Below, piece after piece: positions 50,205-59,178 of a stretch of 64,000 bases of DNA. Source of the DNA: Verrucomicrobiales bacterium. GTDB taxonomy: Bacteria > Verrucomicrobiota > Verrucomicrobiia > Limisphaerales > UBA1100. Made by a program: the position numbers and the translations under genes. Positions within the stretch are counted from its first letter, which is position 1; each line of letters opens with the position of its first letter. Location: contig JAYOSV010000001.1 of the NCBI GenBank assembly GCA_038139415.1, positions 126,536 to 190,535 of the forward strand, in the 5' to 3' direction. The notes beneath the pieces are model-generated. The model worked only from the letters and a program-made list of their open reading frames with translations, did not search any database and had not been told where the DNA came from.

Positions 50205-53200
50205 GTGAAAATTCGGCTCAGAGGAATGTTCGAACTCATTGAATGGGGGTTCGAATCCATGGCCGACCGCTTCGGTATCCAGCGGCGCCACATCTTCTTT
50301 GGCGTCTTCGTGCTCTTTCTCATGACCCTTTGTACCTTATGGTACATCTATGAAAAAAACTGGGTGGTCGTCAGCACCCGCAAAGGCATTCGAAGCGAAC
50401 AACAAATGACCATCTCCCTCGATGGCGAAGAATCCGCCGTTCAGGAGATGAGTAACGACATCCGCAACAACATTCTCGACACCCCCATGGCCGCCGCCGC
50501 CTCCAGCTCTTCCATGGCGCAATCCGCGGCAAACCGAAACGCCCAGCGCAGCGATCCCCAAAACGCCTCCTCCGCTTCCCAGTCCGCTTCCGGAAGCGCC
50601 GCGTCCTCGGCAGCTCCCAGCTCTGCCGGGGCAGCCAGTAGCGCCTCCTTTACTCCCAGTGCCTCTCAGGCCAATGCGAGTGTCATGGCCGGCGAAGCTC
50701 GGTCAGAGACCAGCCAGACCATGAGCCAGGCCGCCGCGCAGCCCAATGCGCAATCGGCTTCCGGTCGCAATTCCGCCCGGAGCAATCCGCAGGCCGTAGC
50801 ACCGTCTTCTGCGAACGCCCAAGCCGCCGCCTCGGCGCCCAGTTCCGCCGGGGGCAGTGCCAGCCTTTCCCCTTCGACCGCCCAAGCCAATGCCTCGGTG
50901 CAAACCAGCGGTGCGCAGGCGGTCTCCAGCCAAAGCATGAGCGCGGCCAACGCCCGGCCCAATGCCGCTTCAGCGGCCAACAGCAGTGCCGTGCGCAGTA
51001 CCCCGCAAACCTCCAATTCCCAGTCCGCCTCGGCGACCAGCAACGCGAACCCTTCGGCGGCCGTGCAAGCTGCGGGCAACACCGGTTCACTCTCACCCGC
51101 CTCCGCCTCGCAAGCCGCCACGGCATCCGTACAGGCCACCGAAGCACAGGCGCAGGCTAGCCAAACTATGGCGCAGGCCACCTCGGAATCCGCTTCGCAG
51201 GCGGTCTCTGGGCGTAACTCGGCCCGCAGCACCCCGCAGTCTGCGGCGGCCTCACAATCGGCGGCTTCGGCTCAAAGCACGGCCGCTTCCCAGAGTGCGT
51301 CGACATTGGCGGCTAGCAGCACCGCATCGTTCGCACCCTCGGCCTCCAGTGCACAAGCCACAGCCGCGGGAGTGCAGAGCAACAGTGCCCAGGCAGTCAG
51401 TGGCCAATCCATGGCTTCAGCGACTTCGCAATCCATGGCTCAGGCGGCCTCCGGGACGAGTAGTACTTCGCGCAATGGACCGACCTCCAGTTCCTCAGCT
51501 CAAGGCAGTTCGGCCTCCGCCACGAGTTCGGCTTCAGCGGTATCCGGGACGAGCGGTTCCAGTGCCTCGCTGGCGCCTTCGGCTTCCGGCAGCCGCCGGG
51601 CTGCGACAACAGGTGTGCAAAGCGCCAGTGCCCAAGCCGTGGCCAGTGGGGCGTTGTCCGGAGCATCCTCGCAGTCGTTGGCACAGGCGGCAGTCGGAGC
51701 GCGGGGTTCGGCAAGAAACAGCCCTAACGGCGCCACTTCCTCCCAGTCAGGCAGTGGTTCGGCACAGGGATCGAGCAGTTCGGCTTCGGTGGCAGGGACC
51801 AGCGGTTCGGGCAGTGGTAGTTCATTTTCGCCGACCGGTTCCGGGGCGAGTGCTTCGGTATCCGGAGTGCAAAGCAGCGGCGCACGATCCGAAGCGGGCC
51901 GAAGCATGACCGGCGCCTCCACCGGTTCCATGGCGCAGGCGGCCAATGGTTCGCAGGGGACGGCCCGCAATGCGCCTTCGGGTGGCAGCGGGCAATCGGG
52001 AAGCTCGGCAAAGGGTAACTATGCGTCTGGCGCGGTGGCGGGCACGAACGGGGCGCGGGGCTCTTCATTTTCTCCTACGGTGCATGGTCGGGGTTCATCG
52101 GGCGCAGGCATGATGAGCACGGGCGCACGGGCGGTTGCCGGTCGCAACATGGCCGGAGTTTCGATTGGCAGTTCTCAAGCTTCCAGCGGCGCCAGTGGAC
52201 CGGCCCGAACGGGGCCTTCCGGAGGGGCAGGGCAAGGTCGCTACACGGCTCGGGCAGTGAGTGCGCGGTCGATGGTCACGGGCACGGGAATGGCCGGACC
52301 CAGTCGGCCAACGTATACTGCTTTCCGGGCCTCCTCGCCATCAGTTCGGAATAGCGTGACCGGTACGGCTTCCTACACGCCTCCTTCCCCGGCAGCGCCG
52401 ACGACGCCTTCACGCTCGCGACTGGGCAGCACGACCCCCAATCTTTCCAATCAAGTCATGACGCAAGCCGATTCATCGGCCATGATGTCGCGTCCGGTGG
52501 GAATGCGTGGGCTGCGTTCACGGCCACGGGCTTATGCTGAACGGCCGGAAGAACCGTCCCTTACCGCACGGCCGATTCAAATGGCTTCCGCCAGCCAGTC
52601 GCCGCGCGCGAGCAGCCGTTTGGCGCCCTCCATTAATCGTAGCGTGGAACCGCGTGTGCCTTCGGTGCGCGATGTGCCATCGACTTCACCCACCCAACCG
52701 TTGGTGCAGGTGACCCCGCCGCCTTCGCCGGAACGGTTGGTGCAACCGCCCGTGCGGCCGCAGCCTCAGATCCAAACGGCCACCAATCCTTTATTAGCCG
52801 AAACTCAACCGGAGACTGCTGAAGCCGAGGAAAACCAGACGCCGCTGGAGGTGTTTCGGACACGCGGATTTGAGGCCACGGCGGAGGGCAAGGGCGATGA
52901 TTACGTGTTCATTATCGACAAATCCAAGAGCATGAAAGACGACCGTCGTCTGATCGCTGCTAAGGAGGCCTTGGCCCGGACTTTGGAGAAGCTCGAGCCG
53001 AACAAGCGGTTTTATATTTTCTTTTTTAGTGACGACACGATAGGAATAAAGGAAGGCCGTTTACTGAAGGCGACGCCGGCCAATGTAGAATACACTCAAC
53101 GCTGGGTGGGCCGCATGTCGCCTAAAGGCTTCACCAATCCGCGTGATGCCCTATCAGAGGCCTTTGGGAAGTTGAAGCCTTCGACGATCTGGTTGTTGTC

Positions 53201-53426
53201 GGACGGAAAATTTTCGCAGTTCAAACGCGTGAAACGCGGCAACCGCACGCAGGTGGTCGGCCTGCCGCCGGTTTATAAGGTTATTCAGAAGTTGAACCCT
53301 ACAGGCGCGGTTCGAGTTAACACCATCGGGTTTGCTGATAGCGAACAGGATGTGGATGATTCCCTGAAGGCCATCGCGAAGGAAAATGACGGCACCTACC
53401 GTTTCATTAAATCCAATGAACGGTAG
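50205..53426 (+). CDS. Membrane-anchored Ser/Ala/Gly-repeat stalk protein with C-terminal vWA domain
   Basis: N-terminal TM; eight R-x-x-P anchored repeats; Pro-rich linker; vWA MIDAS VFIIDKSKSM...T...LLSDG. Confidence 0.85.
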   Translation: MKIRLRGMFELIEWGFESMADRFGIQRRHIFFGVFVLFLMTLCTLWYIYEKNWVVVSTRKGIRSEQQMTISLDGEESAVQEMSNDIRNNILDTPMAAAASSSSMAQSAANRNAQRSDPQNASSASQSASGSAASSAAPSSAGAASSASFTPSASQANASVMAGEARSETSQTMSQAAAQPNAQSASGRNSARSNPQAVAPSSANAQAAASAPSSAGGSASLSPSTAQANASVQTSGAQAVSSQSMSAANARPNAASAANSSAVRSTPQTSNSQSASATSNANPSAAVQAAGNTGSLSPASASQAATASVQATEAQAQASQTMAQATSESASQAVSGRNSARSTPQSAAASQSAASAQSTAASQSASTLAASSTASFAPSASSAQATAAGVQSNSAQAVSGQSMASATSQSMAQAASGTSSTSRNGPTSSSSAQGSSASATSSASAVSGTSGSSASLAPSASGSRRAATTGVQSASAQAVASGALSGASSQSLAQAAVGARGSARNSPNGATSSQSGSGSAQGSSSSASVAGTSGSGSGSSFSPTGSGASASVSGVQSSGARSEAGRSMTGASTGSMAQAANGSQGTARNAPSGGSGQSGSSAKGNYASGAVAGTNGARGSSFSPTVHGRGSSGAGMMSTGARAVAGRNMAGVSIGSSQASSGASGPARTGPSGGAGQGRYTARAVSARSMVTGTGMAGPSRPTYTAFRASSPSVRNSVTGTASYTPPSPAAPTTPSRSRLGSTTPNLSNQVMTQADSSAMMSRPVGMRGLRSRPRAYAERPEEPSLTARPIQMASASQSPRASSRLAPSINRSVEPRVPSVRDVPSTSPTQPLVQVTPPPSPERLVQPPVRPQPQIQTATNPLLAETQPETAEAEENQTPLEVFRTRGFEATAEGKGDDYVFIIDKSKSMKDDRRLIAAKEALARTLEKLEPNKRFYIFFFSDDTIGIKEGRLLKATPANVEYTQRWVGRMSPKGFTNPRDALSEAFGKLKPSTIWLLSDGKFSQFKRVKRGNRTQVVGLPPVYKVIQKLNPTGAVRVNTIGFADSEQDVDDSLKAIAKENDGTYRFIKSNER
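50480..52370 (+). repeat. Degenerate intragenic tandem repeats, 8 units of 216-252 bp
   Basis: RxxP anchors start at 50547, 50778, 50994, 51225, 51471, 51714, 51966, 52206. Confidence 0.85.
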
Positions 53427-53468
53427 CCCAAGCTTGCCTACAGGGCGCCCCTGCCAGACAATGTTCAG

Positions 53469-54551
53469 ATGATCCGTTTGGCATTGCTCGTATTCGTTTC
53501 GTTCCTTATTCCCTTTTCACAAGCCGCCGAAGGCGGGTTCAAGCCGCTGTTTAACGGTAAAAACTTTGATGGTTGGCATAATGTGAATTGCGGGCCCAAG
53601 ACTTGGACGGTAAAGGATGGGATGATTCATTGTACCGGCAAACCGATTGGGGAATTGCGAACCATACGGATGTATGAGAATTTCATTCTCGAAGTGGAAT
53701 GGCGGCATCTTAAGCCCCGTGGGAATGCGGGTATCTTTGTTTGGGCTGATGCTTATCCGGCGAAGGGGCAGCCGTTCCATCGTGGTGTGGAGGTGCAGGT
53801 GCTGGAGAATGCCTATGGGAATACGCGCCGTTACACGACACATGGCGATATTTTTCCGATACACGGCGCGCGTATGACGCCTTTCAATGGCCGTGGGGGG
53901 GCTCGAGCTTTTCCCACGGAGAACCGCAGTAAGCCATCGCCAGAATGGAATCATTATCGCGTGGTGTGCAACAACGGCGATATCAGCTTGGCGGTCAATG
54001 GCAAGGTGGTGACGCAGGGCAAGGCGTCGTGGCCGCGCAAGGGCTACATCTGTCTGGAATCGGAGGGGTCCCCGGTGCAGTTCCGGAATTTGAAACTCAA
54101 GGAACTGCCATCCACCGGAGCGAAAGCCGAAGAGACGGCGCACGCCTTTGATGGGTTTCGGAGTCTGTATACTGGAGTGGATCTGACTGGTTGGGAGGGG
54201 GAAGGCTGGCAGTCAAATGACTGGCGTTTGAATGGAGCGAAAGCGGAAGCACGGCTGGAGTGCCGGGAGAAATTCGCCAGCTACAGTTTTTTTGCTGACT
54301 GGCGCAGTAAAGAAAAAGCCCTGCCGTTTAATCTACCCAACGTGAGGGAATTGGGCGCATTGGATCATCAGGTGGGTAAATGGAACCGCATCCAGGTCAC
54401 GCGTGTGCTGGGCAGTACCACGGTGGAAATCAACGGAAAATCTGTGCTCTTGGAGATGGGGCGTGAGGATGGCCCTCTGAAATCAGCGGTTTTGGAATTA
54501 TTGCCCGGCGCGGAGTTCGCCAACATTTTCGTAAAAGAGTTGAGTCCATAA
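53469..54551 (+). CDS. Secreted DUF1080 (3-keto-disaccharide hydrolase-like) protein with a partial second domain
   Basis: LFNGKNFDGW, YENFILEVEW, GNAGIF, EVQVL, WNHYRV, GYICLESEG, FRNLKLKEL. Confidence 0.88.
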   Translation: MIRLALLVFVSFLIPFSQAAEGGFKPLFNGKNFDGWHNVNCGPKTWTVKDGMIHCTGKPIGELRTIRMYENFILEVEWRHLKPRGNAGIFVWADAYPAKGQPFHRGVEVQVLENAYGNTRRYTTHGDIFPIHGARMTPFNGRGGARAFPTENRSKPSPEWNHYRVVCNNGDISLAVNGKVVTQGKASWPRKGYICLESEGSPVQFRNLKLKELPSTGAKAEETAHAFDGFRSLYTGVDLTGWEGEGWQSNDWRLNGAKAEARLECREKFASYSFFADWRSKEKALPFNLPNVRELGALDHQVGKWNRIQVTRVLGSTTVEINGKSVLLEMGREDGPLKSAVLELLPGAEFANIFVKELSP

Positions 54552-54572
54552 AAAATCGGCCCTGTGGGGCCG
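54550..54572 (-). terminator. Intrinsic terminator (minus strand)
   Basis: CGGCCC-CACA-GGGCCG followed by ATTTTTT. Confidence 0.6.
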
Positions 54573-54767
54573 CCTTGAAAAGAGGGGGTGAACTTGCTTT
54601 TTCTTTACCACACTTACCTTGTCTTCCGTGGGGACTTTTCCGGGGGGCTTCGTGGTTGCCTTGCATGTGGCCAATCACAAACAGAGCGGCTACGAGGAAC
54701 CGAGTTATAATCTTTATGCGTGCAACCAATGTAGGTGTAGGAACGGGCTGCCAAGGCTGAACTGCGG

Positions 54768-57071
54768 CTACTTTTGCGCGCGGGCCGTGGCGCGATCGGG
54801 CAGGGCCAGCAAGCGCGTGGATTCTTCCAACAGGAACTTGGGTGCCATGAACGGTTCGTGGCTGATCTCCTGCCAGCGGATTTTCCCGGTCTGATCGATC
54901 AAGAATGTGCCGTGAAGCGGCGTTTGCTCGAAATCATCGTAGGCACGGTATTTGCGAAAGGTATCCAGCGTGGGATCGCTCAGCAGCGGGAAATTAAAAT
55001 GCCGGTCCTTGGCATCATAACCGATGAATGTGTCGCGCAATCCCTGCGCGGTGTCGGTACTGACGGCCAACAGGGTGATGCCTTTTTTCTCAAATTCGGC
55101 GGCTAAAGGATCAAAGGCATTCAGCTGCTCCATGCAATGCGTGCAGCCTTTTCCAAGGTAAAAAATCAACACCACCGGCTGGCCACGATATTGATCGAGT
55201 GCGAAGGGCTTACCATTCCGGTCTGTCAACGAAAAGGCCGGGGCTGCGAAAGGTTCCCAGCGAAAGGGGCCTAAGTCATCTAATTCCGGTCGCAGGCCCA
55301 TGTCTTGGGCCTCGGCCTGCGTCTGTCTCCAATCGGCCGGAAGCTTGAGGGATTCGGCCAAAGGCGCAAGTCGGGCGAACCAAGCCACGTCCAGATCCAG
55401 CTCCGGAGCAATGCGGCGCAGGCGATCGAAGGCGGTTTTGGCTTCAGCCGGTTTATTGGATTCGTGCAAAATGTATGCCTGCGCGGCCAGTGGCCGAGCC
55501 TGTTCAGGAGCCGATTTCACCGCGCTGGCGGCGAGCTTAATGGCCTCCTCGGTGTTGCCCATTCGGAGTTGGAGGAGGGCTTTACGTTCACTGCGCAGGT
55601 CGCGGACTTTGGCGTATTCAGCCTTAGCCTTTTCAAAGTCGTCTGCTTGCAGGGCCAGATACATGCGGGCTTCGGCCAGACCGCGTTCGAGGGTGCTGAT
55701 GGCGGTGGAGAAGGGGCGCTCGGCATCGGTCTTGGCTTTCTTGATGTCAGCGGGTTTTTTCTTTTCCTTATTCGCCTTGGCTTCGGCTTCCGTGCCGGCC
55801 TTGGTTTTGCCTTCGCGTTGGGTGGTTAGAAGCGACTCCATTTCAGTGAGCAACGGTTGGGCTTGTGCGGCTTCACGGGTATTGATCTGGGCTACGGCGA
55901 CAAGCCGCAGGTATTTGGCGCGATCGGCAGCACTGCTGCCGGGGCGCAGGTAATGGGTGTCCTTCAGCGCGAGAACGGTTTCCCACAATTCGTAGTTGGT
56001 AAGTAGGCCGTACAGATGGCGACGGCCGTAGTTGTGGCTACTGCGGGAGGGAACGCTCCAGGTGCCGTCGTCCTTCACATTGGGCAGCCGGGGCAGCTCA
56101 ATCATGTTTTTGGCCATGGCCAGAGCGCGCTCCACCCGCCCGGCGTGACTGAGATTGCGAGTGAGCCATTCGTTGTTGTGGGCAAAATTATGGATGCGAT
56201 CGGGCATCACACGGTCGCGCATCATGTGGGCGTGATCCACACGCGCGCTGGCTTCCTGTTGCCAAGCGGCGTCATGGTAGCGTTTGAGGCGGGAAAGAAT
56301 ATGGCCGGGCATATGCCACATGTGGGCGATGCCGGGCGCGGCCTGGCCGCATTGGTCGACCGATGGAAGGGCCCGCTTGGCATCTTTGTAGTCCCATAAA
56401 TGGATGCGGTAATGATGGCAGGGATGATTCGGGTTCTTGGCGAGGATGGAGGTGATGCGTTTCTCGATGTCATCGTAATTCTTCTTGGCCCTTACATCGC
56501 CGTAGAGCGCGAGTACATGAAAGGCCTGAGCTTCGATATCATTGGGGAATTTCTCGGCAAGGGCTTGATAAGCCTTGATGCGCGCGGCTTTCCGTTTTTT
56601 GGAGTCCGATTCCTTCAGGTAGGCGGCCATGGTATCGATCCAGAGCCGTTCGCGATTACTAACCTGGTCGCGGCCTTCCACGGCTTTTTCGATCAGCGGT
56701 TGGGCGCGGGTACGGTTGTTGGCATTTGCCATCGCCATGCCCCAATAAGCCATGGGATGGCCGGGATGAATCTTGAGAACTTGACGAAAGGAGCGTTCGG
56801 CCTCGAGATACCAGAATCCATGCAGCTGACCAACGCCTTGATTGAAGAACGCCTGCGCCACGGTGGATCCAGTGGTAATGGGGAAGGAGACGTTGCTGGT
56901 GGTGCCCATTAGATAGGCGGCTTGCCGCGGGCCTTTATTGAAGGCTTCACCATGGTTGGAATGCCCCGGTGGCGGTCCGGAGGGATCGTATTCGTAAACG
57001 GATTTTTCCGTGGTGGTGCAGCCCCAGCCTATTAGAAGGGTGGCGAGGATTAGATAGTTTAGCTGAGTCAT
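54768..57071 (-). CDS. Lipoprotein with TPR-like helical region and C-terminal AhpC/TSA redoxin domain
   Basis: Lipobox IGWGC; AQAFFNQG..HGFW, HYRIH, HMPGHI; APAFSL..YLGKGCTHC..HGTFLID. Confidence 0.85.
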   Translation of the reverse strand: MTQLNYLILATLLIGWGCTTTEKSVYEYDPSGPPPGHSNHGEAFNKGPRQAAYLMGTTSNVSFPITTGSTVAQAFFNQGVGQLHGFWYLEAERSFRQVLKIHPGHPMAYWGMAMANANNRTRAQPLIEKAVEGRDQVSNRERLWIDTMAAYLKESDSKKRKAARIKAYQALAEKFPNDIEAQAFHVLALYGDVRAKKNYDDIEKRITSILAKNPNHPCHHYRIHLWDYKDAKRALPSVDQCGQAAPGIAHMWHMPGHILSRLKRYHDAAWQQEASARVDHAHMMRDRVMPDRIHNFAHNNEWLTRNLSHAGRVERALAMAKNMIELPRLPNVKDDGTWSVPSRSSHNYGRRHLYGLLTNYELWETVLALKDTHYLRPGSSAADRAKYLRLVAVAQINTREAAQAQPLLTEMESLLTTQREGKTKAGTEAEAKANKEKKKPADIKKAKTDAERPFSTAISTLERGLAEARMYLALQADDFEKAKAEYAKVRDLRSERKALLQLRMGNTEEAIKLAASAVKSAPEQARPLAAQAYILHESNKPAEAKTAFDRLRRIAPELDLDVAWFARLAPLAESLKLPADWRQTQAEAQDMGLRPELDDLGPFRWEPFAAPAFSLTDRNGKPFALDQYRGQPVVLIFYLGKGCTHCMEQLNAFDPLAAEFEKKGITLLAVSTDTAQGLRDTFIGYDAKDRHFNFPLLSDPTLDTFRKYRAYDDFEQTPLHGTFLIDQTGKIRWQEISHEPFMAPKFLLEESTRLLALPDRATARAQK

Positions 57072-57075
57072 GACT

Positions 57076-58146
57076 CTATTGGAGCCCGGCAGTTTCATCA
57101 AAACCGCAGAGCAGGTTGAGGGCTTGGACGGCTTGGCCGCTGGCGCCCTTCACGAGGTTGTCAATGGCGCTTGTCATAATCAATCGGCCGGTGCGGCGGT
57201 CGAGTCGCCAAGCGAGGTCGAGACAGTTGGTTTGAGTAACGTTCTTGGTGTCCGGCAAAACGCCATCGGGCAGCAGTCGAACGAAGGGTTCCTGAGCATA
57301 CGCTTCGGCGAGGCAGTTCGTGAGGCGCTGGGCCAGCGACTGTTCTTCCTCGGCCGTTTTGAAATTGCCTGTGGGCGCCAGATATTGCGTGGTGAGAATG
57401 CCGCGCGTAACGGGAATGAGGTGCGGGGAAAACTGGATGGTGACCGTTTCGCCCGCGGCCAAGGAGAGTTCCTGTTCGATCTCGGACAAGTGTCGATGTT
57501 TGGGGATGCCGTAGGGGCGGACGCTTTCGTTGCATTCGGCATACAAAAAAGGAACATCGGCTTTGCGACCGGCACCGCTCACGCCGCTGAGGCTGTTGGC
57601 GATGATACCGGTGGACTTGATCAGGCCGGCTTTCAACAGCGGTGCCGTGGGTAGGAGAATACTGGTGGGATAACAGCCAGGCGCGGCAATGAGCCGTGCG
57701 GACCGGATGGTGTCCCGATGTAATTCAGGCATGCCGTAAACCGCTTCGGTCAGGAGTGCCGGTGCGGGATGGGATTTGCCGTAGAATTCCTCGTACACGG
57801 CCGGATCGTTGAGCCGAAAGTCAGCGGAGAGATCAATCACCTTGGCCCCGGCATTCAGCAGAGCTTCCGCGTACTCGGCGGCGACCCCGTGAGGTAGAGC
57901 GAGAAAAACAATTTCGGCAACCGCCGCGAGCGCCGCGGGATCGGGTTCCGTGAACTGGAGTGTGTCCGCCACGCCTTGTCCGGCAAAGCGGGGGAAAATC
58001 TGCGAGAGAGTTTGGCCGACGTATTGGCGCGAGGTGACTGCAGCCAGTTCGGACTGCGGATGGTGCAGGAGTCGATGGACGAGTTCTTCGCCGGAGTAGC
58101 CCGAGGCCCCGACGATGGCGACCTTCACTGGAGATGCATCGCTCAT
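57076..58146 (-). CDS. argC: N-acetyl-gamma-glutamyl-phosphate reductase
   Basis: GASGYSG, LALPHG, DLSADFR, PGCYPT, SGVSGAGR, HRHLSEI, DNLVKGASGQA. Confidence 0.97.
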   Translation of the reverse strand: MSDASPVKVAIVGASGYSGEELVHRLLHHPQSELAAVTSRQYVGQTLSQIFPRFAGQGVADTLQFTEPDPAALAAVAEIVFLALPHGVAAEYAEALLNAGAKVIDLSADFRLNDPAVYEEFYGKSHPAPALLTEAVYGMPELHRDTIRSARLIAAPGCYPTSILLPTAPLLKAGLIKSTGIIANSLSGVSGAGRKADVPFLYAECNESVRPYGIPKHRHLSEIEQELSLAAGETVTIQFSPHLIPVTRGILTTQYLAPTGNFKTAEEEQSLAQRLTNCLAEAYAQEPFVRLLPDGVLPDTKNVTQTNCLDLAWRLDRRTGRLIMTSAIDNLVKGASGQAVQALNLLCGFDETAGLQ

Positions 58147-58190
58147 GTTTGGTTTGTTTTGCGTGTTTTTGAGTAGAATTGAAAGCAAAC

Positions 58191-58222
58191 AAAAAACCCC
58201 GCCGGCGAAACGGCGGGGTTTT
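58191..58222 (-). terminator. Intrinsic terminator after rpsI (possibly bidirectional)
   Basis: AAAACCCCGCCG-N6-CGGCGGGGTTTT. Confidence 0.88.
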
Positions 58223-58238
58223 GAAAGCTAGGGGTCGT

Positions 58239-58643
58239 TTAGCGTTTGCTGAACTGGAAGTTCTTGCGGGCGCCGGGTTGACCGGGTTTCTTCCGCTCAC
58301 GCACGCGGGAATCGCGGGTAAGGAGGCCCTCGGCCTTGAGGGTGGGGCGCAGTTCGGCGTCGTGCAGAAGCAGGGCGCGGGCGATGCCTAAGCGGATGGC
58401 TTCGGCTTGGCCGGCAGTGCCGCCTCCTTGCACATTGACGCGCACGTCAAACTTCTCGGAATTCTCGGTGGTCTGAAACGGTTCGTTGATGATCATGCGG
58501 TGTTCGTCGATCGGGAAATAGGTTTCCACGTTGCGATGATTCACCGTGATCTTGCCCGAACCGGGCTTGATGCGTACGCGGGCTGTGGCGCTCTTGCGCC
58601 GTCCAGTTCCGAGGAGTTCGCCAGTTTTTTCGTCGACAGCCAT
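58239..58643 (-). CDS. rpsI: 30S ribosomal protein S9
   Basis: [38 protein letters not shown]. Confidence 0.98.
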   Translation of the reverse strand: MAVDEKTGELLGTGRRKSATARVRIKPGSGKITVNHRNVETYFPIDEHRMIINEPFQTTENSEKFDVRVNVQGGGTAGQAEAIRLGIARALLLHDAELRPTLKAEGLLTRDSRVRERKKPGQPGARKNFQFSKR

Positions 58644-58644
58644 C

Positions 58645-59109
58645 TTAATTCAAAGTCAGGGGTTCGGGTTTTTGAACAGCGTGCGGGTGCTCGCTGCCGG
58701 CATATACTTTGAGCTTGGTGAGCAGGGAGGCACCCAGTTTGTTTTTGGGCAACATGCCTTTGACCGCGCTGAGAATGAGGCGATCGGGGTGTCGCTCGCG
58801 CATCTCGGCCAGCGGAATCCGCTTCAGACCGCCGCGAAAACCGCTGTAGCGTTGGTATTCCTTGTCGGTTTCCTTGTTGCCGGTCACGCGCACTTTATCG
58901 GCATTGATCACGATCACGAAATCGCCGGTGTCCAAGTGCGGGGTGAATGTGGCTTTGTCGCGGCCGCGCAGGACGTCGGCGATCTTCACCGCTAGGCGGC
59001 CCAGTACGAGCCCTTCGGCATCCACAATGCGCCAACCGCGAGGGTCGGTCGCGCCAGATTCGGGCTGACCAAGCTTCTTCAGGTCAATTTTCGGCAAAAA
59101 AGTCTTCAT
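58645..59109 (-). CDS. rplM: 50S ribosomal protein L13
   Basis: [35 protein letters not shown]. Confidence 0.98.
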   Translation of the reverse strand: MKTFLPKIDLKKLGQPESGATDPRGWRIVDAEGLVLGRLAVKIADVLRGRDKATFTPHLDTGDFVIVINADKVRVTGNKETDKEYQRYSGFRGGLKRIPLAEMRERHPDRLILSAVKGMLPKNKLGASLLTKLKVYAGSEHPHAVQKPEPLTLN

Positions 59110-59178
59110 ACCTTCTCTTTCAAGGGGGCGGAGAAAATACCAGAAAGTGTTGGGGGGTCAATAGGTTTCTGGATATTT

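Noticed and set aside
58147..58190. Arg leader peptide or ARG box upstream of argC
   Set aside because: Only 44 nt between the rpsI terminator and argC; no Arg-rich uORF or clear palindrome seen
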